Source of the DNA: the human T2T-CHM13v2.0 reference genome, Homo sapiens
Assembly: GCF_009914755.1 (NCBI RefSeq)
Contig: NC_060925.1
DNA length: 64,000 nt
Direction: 5' to 3' (one strand)
Position 1 is the first letter of the stretch; each line of letters opens with the position of its first letter. A program made the translations under genes and the position numbers. Shown piece after piece: positions 53,601-64,000 of the stretch. The notes below the pieces were generated by a model. The model saw nothing but the letters and a program-made list of their open reading frames with translations. It did no database searches and was not told where the DNA came from.

Positions 53601-54289
53601 TTCAGGACAAGGAAGGGTAAAAAATCGGAGCTTTAAAAGGCTGATTTTTCACCTACATGTCCCCCTCTCCCCATCTCCATAGACCCCAAAGCAATTAAAA
53701 TATAGAAAAGAGGCTGAAAATAGACACTGCTATTCTTTATTTGAGGAGAGTATGGGTGCAAAGTGAATTATAATTTACCCTTATTGAAATCTGAATTTTT
53801 CAAAAACATAATACCAATAAATGAAGGAGACCAAGTCTTAGAAACCACATCCTCACCTGAGGTGTGCACACCTGTGTCTCCCTCTGTATGTACATGACTC
53901 AGAAACAGCCACAGTTCAAACATTTTTACATATTCAATTGTAAATAACTTCAGATATTAGTGGCTTCTGTGAAGCTGACCCTTCAAGGGCACCAAACAAC
54001 CAAATGATTTGTTTGTAGCTACCTGTAGACACACATTTGTCATGAAATTAATTTAAACAAATCTCAGGTTATGTGCTAGAGAGGTCCCCTGGAGGCATCA
54101 CTAAGGAAGGGCCTAGAAATGGAAGGGTGCCAAGCCCAAAAAAATCTCTCTGGATAGTACTCTGGTTCTATCAGTATGTTGATAAGAGGGCCTGATCTCT
54201 CTGTGTTTCCCAGAGAAGCAGGGCCTGCCTCCCAGTCACCTGCTGTATCTCAACAGCTTATTAGGAGGTTGTGGATCAGAATAATACTA

Positions 54290-54550
54290 GTACTAGTTCT
54301 ACTAATAAGAGCTAATACCTATAAGCCATTACATATCAAACACTGTTTTGAGCACTTAATATGTTTAACTCAGTTTATCCTCCCATCAGTCCTATAAGAT
54401 TGGTACTATTATTAACCCCACTTTGCCAATAAGGCAACTGAGGCATAAAGAGTGCAAGCAACTTGCCCAAGGTCAGACTACCAGTAGGTAGTCAAGACTC
54501 AAATCCAGACAGTCCAGTTTTGGAATCTATGCTTTTAACTACTATGCTCT
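54290..54550 (-). mobile_element. MIR
   Basis: aataagagctaatacc...tttaactcagtttatcctc...ggcaactgaggc...acttgcccaaggtcagac...cttttaactactatgc. Confidence 0.8.
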
Positions 54551-55227
54551 ACTGATTCTCATCAGAACAGCGTCTACCTCAGCTTCCCTCACTTTGAAGG
54601 TCCAGAGTCCACATTCTGGGACTTGGGCACATGCAGCCAAAGCCTGTTCCATCAGTCACCCAACAAAGTGGAGGAAAGGCATGTGTCTTGCTCAGGATCA
54701 CAAGATGAATCAGAGGCTTGGTTAGACAAAGACCATTTTTCAAACCAATTCAAATATTGCCTTAAGATACACTAGCTGGGGGTGAAGAAATGGCGGTGAG
54801 TAACAAGTGATCAAGACAGGACCAGGCCCACTCAGGCAGACTGAGAATTCTGGTCAGACTACTTGGCCAGGAGCCAGGGAGGCTGGCTGGGCTACAGGAG
54901 GCCTTGCTCAATAATCCCCATCCATAGCCCCAGGGACTGCTGATCTCTTCACAGAATACTGCATGCCTGTGGGGTGGTTCATAGATTCCCTGTTCTCTGC
55001 CCACAAATGATGGCCAGCAGCCAGGAAGGTAAACAGTTGTGCTGGCATGACAATAGATTTTTAAAAATTCACTGACTAGTAAGCAAGCAATACACAAACG
55101 GATACCCGCCCCCCACCCCCGCAATGCACTGAACACATTTCTCACACACTGTCCCATATGATCCCACATCTCCGTAAGCAGGCAGGAATCACTCCCCTGT
55201 TTTGCAGATGAGAAAGCTAAGAGGGTC

Positions 55228-55605
55228 AGCTGTTGTCAAACCAGTCCCATCACTTGAGAACTTGTTAGAAATGCAAATTTCTGGCCTCCACCCTAGCCTT
55301 TCAGAATCAGAAGCCCTGGGGATGGGGCCAACAGCCTTGGTTTTAACAGCCCTCCAGGTGACTCTGACGCTCGCTGAAGTCTGAAGTTTGAGAACCGCTG
55401 GTCCAGACTACAGCAGTGTTTCTCAGACTTCAAATGACCTGAGGAATGTGTCAGATTGCAGGTTCTATTTCAGTATATTTAGTATATTCAGATTATATTT
55501 CAGTATATTCTATTTCAGTAGGGCCGGCATGACATTCTGCATTTCTAACAAGCTCCCAGGTGATGAGGATGCTGCTGGTTCTCAGACCACAATTTAAACA
55601 GCAAA
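55228..55605. mobile_element. Two adjacent MER5A-like elements in opposite orientation
   Basis: cttgttagaaatgcaaatt...tcagaatcagaa...ccaggtgactctga...gtttgagaacc, followed by ...ctgcatttctaacaagctcccaggtgatg...gctgctggtt. Confidence 0.75.
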
Positions 55606-56179
55606 GGTGTAGTCTAGAACATTTATGTGACTAACTCCTTATCGCTGAGGTACTGACCAAATGAGAATCAGAGCCCATGGCTCTCAGCTCCCTTCTCAGA
55701 GCAAACCCTTACTTGACCCACTTTAAGCACCCGAGTCAAGCCCTCTAAGTCTGCTAACCATCGCTAGCTCTTATCACCAGACATTTCATCCTCCTTGCTG
55801 CCAAGAGCTAGGGCAGAAAAACAGGCCTGTCACATCCAAGAACTTCACAGAGTAGACTGGCACATCTCTGTCAGGGAGCTAGCAAAAAGTCTTCTTGTCA
55901 TGGCAGTGCCTGCTTCCTTTAGGAATACTGTCAAGACCAGGGCATCAGCTACCCTCAGAGTGCTCAGCACACTATTGTCTCAGCCCTCCAGAAAAAAACC
56001 TTCCTCTGTCCAGATGAACCAAAAAGCAGGACTGGGTACCTCTCCTATGAGAAGACCGCTCATTACAGACACAAGCCAGGAGCTTATCTGGTCTATCTAA
56101 CTGCCTCTGGTCCTGAGAAAGGCCTCTCCAACCCTGGCCACAAATTTGGAGCAGGATCACAGAATTCCTGCATATCCTA

Positions 56180-57290
56180 AGGCACCTACTTGGGGACTCC
56201 TTGCTATCCTCACCAGCCACCACATTCAACACCATCAACCATGAATTTCCTTTCAGGTCTGCCCCCGACATTGTTTCTCTAGTCACATTACCTTTCCAGT
56301 GAAAGTAGACCTGATCAAAATGCCATGTTTCATCTCACTCATCAGCCCTACCCACCCATCTGTAACTACCAATCCCGTTCAGTTGACCAGCTGGCCTTTA
56401 AAATGCCGCTAGTGTTGTGAACAACGCAGACATGTCCCTGCATTTCCAGACAATGCAATCTCAAATCATGGCTCTCAGTTTTATCACACTTTTAGAGAGC
56501 AAGATTCCAAGCTTTCTAGCCAGTTATTATCCTATCTACCTAACCATCACTACCTACCTCCTCTAGGCCAATGGCCAAACAATGCATCAAATAGGTCCTA
56601 GAGGAATAACTACCCACATTACCACTAAGGAACTCAACTATAACAGCTCTGCCTGTTATGTTCTCCCTGATACGGATCTTCTACTCAGAGTACCCCATTT
56701 ACAACAACTATAGATTCCATGCGCCACTCCTTAACAAACCTCAGTACCACTGACTCCTCAGTAGGCCACTAGTCTCCAAAAGAGTTATGAGCTACATAAG
56801 AACATGGTTCTCAAGCCTGTTTCCTTCCTAGCACACCTAAGGGTTACAACATGTAACTTCTCCCCATTCTCACCATCGCCAACCAACTAACATCCTAGTC
56901 CAACCCACTAGCATCTCTCTCAAGTACTGCATCCGTACCAGTCTCCCAACATACATTTTTAACCTCTTGGAACAACTTCCTTTCCATTCCCATGGACTCT
57001 GGCTTATAACATCTATTTCTGTTTCTTCTTTTCCACTCAGTAATACATTCAAATTTCCTTTTCCGGCTCCCCAACTGTACCCCCATTGTAGAGTATGAAC
57101 ACTCCTTTACTTTCAGCAACGTCGGCATCTCCAAATAAGTGCCTCTGCCAGCACCTAACCCTCAGATCAGCCCTTGGCTGGAATGGCCTTCCAGGACTAG
57201 ACACTGACTATACACTACAACAGAAGTAGAGCCACTTGTGTATCAGACCTGTTTTGCCACCCACAGGCCTTCCAGATCTCCTTACTGGCC
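56180..57290 (+). mobile_element. Degenerate Gypsy/Sushi-like LTR-retrotransposon internal fragment (integrase core plus possible GPY/F region; MamGyp-int-like)
   Basis: Ordered, frameshifted motifs: GLL, MNFLSGLP (56241), VKVDLIKMPCFISL (56299), FPDNAISNHGSQF (56443), TTYLL*ANGQT (about 56549), NRS-EE*L, SSTQSTPF, and DYTLQQK*SHLCIRPVL (about 57205). Confidence 0.7.
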
Positions 57291-59956
57291 AACTACATGC
57301 AGGGACAGGACCCAAACAGCAGCCTATCCCAAGGCACCTCTACATCCAAATAAAAGCTGCCCTGATGTTTGTCTCTCCCTCCAGATTTCTTCTTTCTGAT
57401 TTACTTCCTTTCTGACTCTCCCAACACCTAACAGGGTTTTGTCCGTGGCAGGAGCATCAATACATATAAACGCTTTTCTGCCTGTGCCAGCCTGTTCACC
57501 CTTCTGCTGCAGACCTGCCAGCCTTTGCTGGGGGTGGGGGTAGCTGGTGTCAATGTGGGTACACTCTTGTTTCAGGCTTTTAGGCTATGGCTCAATTTTC
57601 ACAGCTAGAGCTCAAAACTCATCACATAAATGTAAGAATGTGGGGGTTTTTTAAGTATCGTGAACACCCAGGATAAGAGGATAAAAAATAATCATCCCAA
57701 TGGCATCTTAATCAAAATGATGCAAGATCCTTTTTCCCAATGAGATACAGAGATGCAGAAAGGGTCTCCTGATATCAGTTTCCTCATGTCAAACAATGGA
57801 GATCAGTCTACAAAAGAAATATAATCAAGAGGGGAGAGGAAAAGCAGGGCAGGATGGAGGTAGGGAGAAGTGAAGCCTATGGACTTAACCTAAACACTCT
57901 TGGATTTCACTTCCCCCACTGTCCCCGCTTTCCAACCTGCTGGCTTTGCTTTCTATGGCTGTACCTGTTGCCAATGCTCAGAGGAAGCTCAGCCTCCACC
58001 CCCATGCCCTCCAGTCGCTTCTGATCCCACCAATCTCCACATTACCCAGACCTTCCTGCCTCTTCATCAGTCATTCCTTCCACACTAATCTCAATGTTAG
58101 TCAGCCAGCTATTTATCTTTTTGAAGGGTCTAAACCTCCCTGGTCTATTGAAGGTGGGTCCTAGCAGATCCAGATCCAAATTCCCAATTTTTTTTTTTTT
58201 TTAAGCAGGGGGAAGGTGAAGGGGAGGCGTCATGTCATTCCCCAGCCTTTGACTCTCCCTAGAGACCTAGCAGCCCACCCAAATGCTATGCTGAGGTATC
58301 AGCCTCCTGATAATGCCTCAGAGCCTTAGCCTTCTTGACAATACCTCAGAGCCTTAGCTTACACCATATCCACTTTCACCCACACCCCTTTTACCCACAC
58401 TTTATTGGGTAAAATGCTCTTAAGCCTCTTCTAGCCTTTGTACTTCCACTTATAGCATGACAATGACACCTTCTAGCTCGAATGTGAGAAACAGCGTAAA
58501 ACTGATATAGATAATCCAACTAACTGAACAGTGAAATACTTGCCAGGTTCAAAGTCTTTATTCTCCTTTTACCTCATTTTCAATATTTCTACAAACAAGC
58601 CTGTAATCAAGGTCAGTTTTTCCAGACTTAGGCCATTTCATTCTGGCTTACTGTGTGAACCCCTTCTTCTCTTCCTGCTATAACAGTTCTGAATGGCCTC
58701 AGGTCCACTTGGCCCTTTCTGGTCTCCTGAATTTCTTATAACATGAAAACTATGCAGCCCTCCCCCACACTGTGAGCAGGGTTGATCATTCCCATCCTTT
58801 GTGCCCCCACTGTACCAAGTACTTACCATGTCATGGTGGTTATCATACAGCCTAATGGTTGTTACACAAATGTCTGCCCTCCTTGACTATGAGCTCCTTG
58901 AGGGTAGGGACCATTCCTTACTTGTCTTTATACCCCTAGCATCTAACACAGAGCTTTAAGTTACTATCCAAAGAGTAAAAAGAAGCCTTTTCATTGCCTC
59001 TAAGGTGGTTATAATGAGGTCTTCCCCATTCCTTTGCTGACTTAGGCGGTTTTTTTATGTCCAACAAAAACTTTAAAAGGCAGCTCAGTGTCACTGTTAT
59101 TTTACGGTCCCTGATTTCACTCACCATTTATCAATGGCCCTATTCTTTAGAGCTCTTCCCCACCACCAACCTTAGCCCAGTGCCCAAAAAAATCTGCATT
59201 CCAACAGCTATCTCAGCCCTGGGGAGGCCATCAGGATAATAAGAGGCTAGGGGGGATGTTTCCTGATTTGCACTAAATTATGTGGTGATTTTGTTACCAG
59301 TGACCCAGTGTTCCCCAAGGAAAGTTCCTGGCCCCACCCCCAGACAACTCCACAGCCTGCTACACACCATGGCAGCTTAAAGGTATAAACCCTGGGGAAG
59401 GTGGAGAAGCAGTCTGAATAGAGCAAATAAACCGCTTCGATCCTGCCTCTGCTATGCCAAACACACAAGCCAGGGCCACCATGCATCAGTGCTCCATTCC
59501 CCGAGATGTATATTTTGCTTCTACATTGCTATGTCTGCTCCAAATACAGACAGGCCCTTCGGCTTTCACGTGAAGTTGCAATACAACCAAGACTCGGACA
59601 CAGCAAACGCTTGTTCCCATTCCGGGAATACTAGTGAGGAGCCATAGTGGGAGCCAGGCGGAGGCCCATCCTTATGAGGGACCACCAGGAAACAGCAGCC
59701 TGTGGAGGAAGATGGCTTTGGAAGGAGGAGGGGCAAGGACCACATTTATGGAGGCAGTGACAAAAAAGACAAAGGGGCCTAGTGGGCCACCCCATTCCCA
59801 CCATCACTGGCCATCAATAGAGGAATTCATTTATAGTGACCCTGAAAGAAGAGATGTGTTAAAGTAGAGATATAACTAGAAAGAAAGGCAATAATTGCTC
59901 TGATGGGCAGGGGAAAAATTATTCCAGGAGTCGGGAGCCTGTACAAGAACACTTAC

Positions 59957-60222
59957 AGCTCACACAGTCATCATAACTCAGCCCCCTCAAGCATTTTGTG
60001 CTCTGCTTATGGTGTTAACTTTAATGTCTTAACATATAACACCATCCACACTAACACAAAATACTACACACGCCAGATGAGGCTAAGTTATAGTTGCTGT
60101 GGGAAGCATAACTTTGAATTTCCTGATTTTGGTGCATTTAATCTCAACCATAATGTTACATTAACGTCGGTTTTGCATTTCATTTTCCAGTTTAGAAGAA
60201 TAGCGTCAGCGCCTTCGCCTGT
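59957..60222 (-). other. Candidate poison or alternative terminal exon (266 nt, in-frame stop at 60088-60090)
   Basis: Acceptor ttttttctgtacag|ACA, donor GCT|gtaagt and two ATTAAA hexamers on the sense strand. Confidence 0.25.
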
Positions 60223-61947
60223 CTGTACAGAAAAAAGTACATGCTGACTGGGGCCACAGACAGAGGGACCACAATCCAAGGATTAGGCTCTCCAGGAAAA
60301 AGGCCTGGGCCCCATCCCTCCCCACTGGAGGAGCTACAACCAGGACAAGCACATGGGAAGGGAAGGGTGGGTTCTTTCTCCAGGGAATTGCTTTTCTGTC
60401 CACTTAGTCACGGCAGGAACCAAGAACAGAGAGAAGGAAAGAAGCTAAACATGGGGCAAAGAGCAATGTGTTGGGCAGGGCGGGGAGGCAGCACGTGGGG
60501 TTAAGAGGATTCCTGCCTTTCAGCCTCGAACGAAGGAGAAAGAAATCAATATAGTTTGCTTTGTAGGGATCTTAACCAATTTCCTGTAAAGTTTTCCAAA
60601 ATGTCTCTTTCACAAAAGACTAGTAATGATGTGGCAACTCTAGGTCACACGGAAACCCTCCGAATCTCTTCTACATTAGCCATCTCTGTTACCACCAACC
60701 CTCCCCACATATCCTTCAAAAATAACAGCACCTGGACAATTGTCTGGAAACGAGAAACTCCTTTACTCATAGTTCTAACTCAAAATGCAGATGGACTCTC
60801 TTCAAGGTTTCCGTAAAAAGGAAAAAAATGCTCCTGTGGACAAAGACCAAACACTAGAAACCTCAACCCCAAACGTCATTTTTCTCCAAAGTTATGGGCA
60901 CTTGAATACAGATGAGAAGGCAAACAGTCAGTAGGGCTGCTGCAGAGCAGAGACAAAAAGACTATGCAGGAGCCTGACGGATGGCCAGAGGACTTGGGGA
61001 GGAAAGTGGGTAGCCGCCAGGATGGCAGCTCCTCGGATGGGGAGAGCTGTGCTGCACCCTCCCTCCCTGGTCATCCAGACAGCTGAGGTTACCTCCTCCT
61101 CCCAACGTGCTGTGGCCTATACCTCATTTTCCTCACTTACATTTGCTTTGGTCTCTTCTGAACACTGAGGTGGTGAGTGAACTTGCCCCAAGGTTAAAGA
61201 TGCACAATTAAAGATCCCACCAAAGCTTTCAGGCTGCTCTCTGGGCCTCAGGGTCACAACAACCATCACTCGGTGCACATCCACACCAAAATGAGCAAAA
61301 TGAACTCCTGCTAGCGAGGACAAAGGAGGCATAATTCTCCTAAACCAGATAAAAAACTGCTTCTATGTCAGGAAACAATTCCTAAAACAAGAAAGGAGCC
61401 ACATTCCTGAAATTTGGACCCTCTAAAACATTTTAAACCATCTAAATTACATTTAAGTGAAAAAAGTGTTTTCAAATGAAAAAGTCTCCTATTCAACCAA
61501 TACCTATCATGTTAATCTGAATCAAAACATGTAACACAAATAAAATGAGTGCAAAAACCAGAACACCAAAGCCTGTAACTGGCAAGCCAACCACTCCAGT
61601 TTCACCTAGCTGAATAAAGTACAAAAATAAACAGCAAAACTGATGACAAATGGAAAATATCATGTTTTACCATGTTTATAACCAATGCTGTTACTCACCC
61701 AAGTACAACAGGGCTTACACCTGTTAGTTTTTCGTGATGGCATTCCTTTAAGATAGTCCCAATAAGCTGACTCAACTAACTCAGGAACTTCTGGAAATCA
61801 AAGATAGATAAAAGAGCCCCACATTAAGCCTCCAAATAGGCCATGGCCTAAAACTGTTTCTGCCTCCTATATACTCAAGGGGTATGACACACTGTCATAA
61901 AAACAGAAGTGTACCATGCAGGATCTTGAGTACTGAAAGTTCCTGCT

Positions 61948-62271
61948 GGCTGTGGTGGCTCACACCTGTAATCAGAGCACTTTAGGAGGCCGAGGTGGAA
62001 GTATCATTTGAACCCAGGAGTTTGAAACCAGCCTGGGCAACATAGTGAGACCCCATCATTATAAAAAATAAACAGAAAATTAGCCAGGCATGATGGAGCA
62101 TACCCATAGTCCCAGCTACTTGGTAGGCTAAGATGGGAGGATCGCTTGAGCCCAGGAGGTTGAGGCTGAAGGTTGAGGCTGCACTGAGCTGTGATCACAC
62201 ACTGCACTCCAGCCTGGGCAACGGAGCAAGACTCTGTCTCAAAAAAAAAAAAACAAACAAAAAACAGAAAA
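61948..62271 (+). mobile_element. AluJ-like
   Basis: Diverged dimeric Alu with an A-rich tail. Confidence 0.9.
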
Positions 62272-62363
62272 GGGAGCTGGTCAGGAGAGGAGCCTGGATG
62301 GTTCTCATTCATAAGCCCAGCCCTACTCCCAGGAGGCATGCAGACCTTACTCATAAAGAATCA

Positions 62364-62680
62364 GGCCGGGGGCAGTGGCTCATGCCTGTAATCCCAGAAC
62401 TTTGGGAGGCTGAGGCGGGTGGATCACCTGAGGTGGGGAGTTCAAGACCAGCCTGACCAACGTGGAGAAAGCCCACCTCCACTAAAAATACAAAATTAGC
62501 TGGGCATGGTGGCGCATGCCTGTAATCCTGGCTACTCGGGAAGCTGAGGCAGGAAAATTGCTTGAGGCAGAGGTTGCGGTGAGCCGAGATCACACCATTG
62601 CACTCCAGCCTGGGCAACAAGAGCAACTTGTAGCCTGGGCAACAAGAGCGAAACTCCATCTCAAAAAAAAAAAAAAAAAA
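62364..62680 (+). mobile_element. AluSp-like, with an 18-nt internal duplication
   Basis: Diagnostics cctgaccaacgtggagaaa and gggcaacaagagc; TSD-like aaagaatca. Confidence 0.92.
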
Positions 62681-62779
62681 GAATCAAAGAATCTCTGTCA
62701 AATGGACAGCCATCAAGCCGTTCTGAGACAGCACTAAGGAAGGCTGATCTAAGGTGTATACCTTATTCCGGTCCTTTTG

Positions 62780-64000
62780 CTGTCTCTTCTGGCAGTTCAT
62801 TCTCATCCCAAATCTCAACCTTTCCTGCTTCCATTTAAACTTCTTTCTTTTTTGTCCCTATTAAAATCAAGAGCAAGTTGTTATCGTACTCCTTGGAATA
62901 ATTACTCCTCACATGATGAATTTATTCAGTCTGAACAAGAAATCAGTCACCAAAACTATAATCAATTTATTTTCTAAGTTCTATTTTTGTGCCTCTAATG
63001 ATTTGTGGTCCAATTCCTGAGCTTTTCCAATTTCTCCACTTCCCTTGTTGACCAGAAGACCTAAACAGCACAGGGGCTCTAATAAGAACCGGACCTATGT
63101 TGACCTCAATGGAAGGATGCTATTCTATCTAGGACTGACAACTTCTCCAATCCGTCTTCTTGGCTTTCTCTGAATCCCATCAGGATCCTGCTACCTGCAA
63201 ACCTTAAAAAAGCTCTCCCATAAAAAAGGGAGATTTTAAGTTGCTACTAACAAGTTTCAACCTGCCGTCCCTTTCCTGAAGGTGGTCTGATGGGTAGTCC
63301 AACACAGATGTCTGGCCCCAAACTCACCTTCCCAACTGTTGATCACAGCATTGTAGAGGTTTAATGAAGTCAAGATGCATTACATTTATCACTTGCCCTA
63401 GATCCACTCAAATCCATCACTATGTCACAGCAAGAAGTTAAGATTGATCTGACAGGATTTGCTCTTCTTCACAAACCCATGTAAGTTATTACTCAGTGCC
63501 CCACGCTCTTCTAGCTGTTTGCTGATTGATTATCTGACGATCAGGTCAAGTATCTTCTCTGGAATCACAGTAAACTAACGGGTCTATAATTTCCAAGATC
63601 ATTCGTATTCTCCTTTTAAAGATAAGCAAGACAGCAAATGCTTCTTCCCGAGTTCTCTAAAGCAACAGCTAATGCTTTGCTAATAATGAACCAGGGCAGC
63701 CAATTCCTTAAGTGCCCTTGGAATCACATCATCAGGGTTCATTGATTCTGGAGATAATCTTTAATCAGGCCCAGACCCTGGTAAACAATGTGAAGCCCTA
63801 ACTCAGCCTGGGTCTGGAAGGTCTTGGTGCCTAAGTCTGGGAAGGAAGTTGGTGATACAAGCTGTTTAAATCTGTACTGCATGATGTCTTCAGCATTGTG
63901 ATAAATAAATAAGTAAAAATAAAGCCCTTGAAAGAAAGATGAAAGGTGACATTGACAGACCAAACTGAGACATGATTCAGGCTTCACCTTCAGGAATATT
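62780..64000 (-). mobile_element. CR1/L3 LINE fossil with reverse-transcriptase motifs
   Basis: Minus-strand motifs PDDVIPRALKELA (about 63700-63740), GNYRPVSL (63571-63594), HGFVKK..KSCQINL and DLGQVINVMHLDFIK (about 63360-63405). Outer boundaries are approximate. Confidence 0.8.

Noticed and set aside
58300-58360. Degenerate ~28-nt tandem duplication (cctcagagccttag twice); a similar case lies at about 29530-29600
   Set aside because: Ordinary local slippage with two copies only; not an array.

Overview
Primate, almost certainly human, genomic DNA (Alu J/S/Y, MIR, L2, MaLR and MER repeats). It lies entirely inside ERI3 (PRNPIP), the minus-strand gene for a DEDDh 3'-5' exoribonuclease. Four consecutive coding exons are reconstructed with GT-AG boundaries and matching phases: 46515-46631, 40056-40115, 35203-35294 and 11728-11800. 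Together they encode EIIEFP...TCGDWD...WINLKK. The exons carrying the ExoI and ExoIII motifs lie outside the window. The rest is intron, and almost all ORFs in the supplied track are spurious or Alu-derived. Observations beyond the gene: (1) a 116-bp, 97% identical inverted repeat around a 496-nt loop (18311-19038) that I cannot assign to a known repeat and that should fold into long dsRNA in the pre-mRNA; (2) an alternative coding first exon (49612-49755) that would give an ERI3 lacking the ExoI catalytic residues; (3) a Gypsy/Sushi-type integrase fossil (about 56.2-57.3 kb) and a CR1/L3 reverse-transcriptase fossil (about 63.3-63.75 kb); (4) candidate in-frame and poison cassette exons; (5) a consensus CTCF site and several enhancer-like blocks, including PBX-HOX plus MEIS and GATA/FOX clusters; (6) tailless and closely inverted Alus. 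Repeat subfamily names and boundaries are by eye and approximate. I found no evidence for a wholly new multi-gene system.
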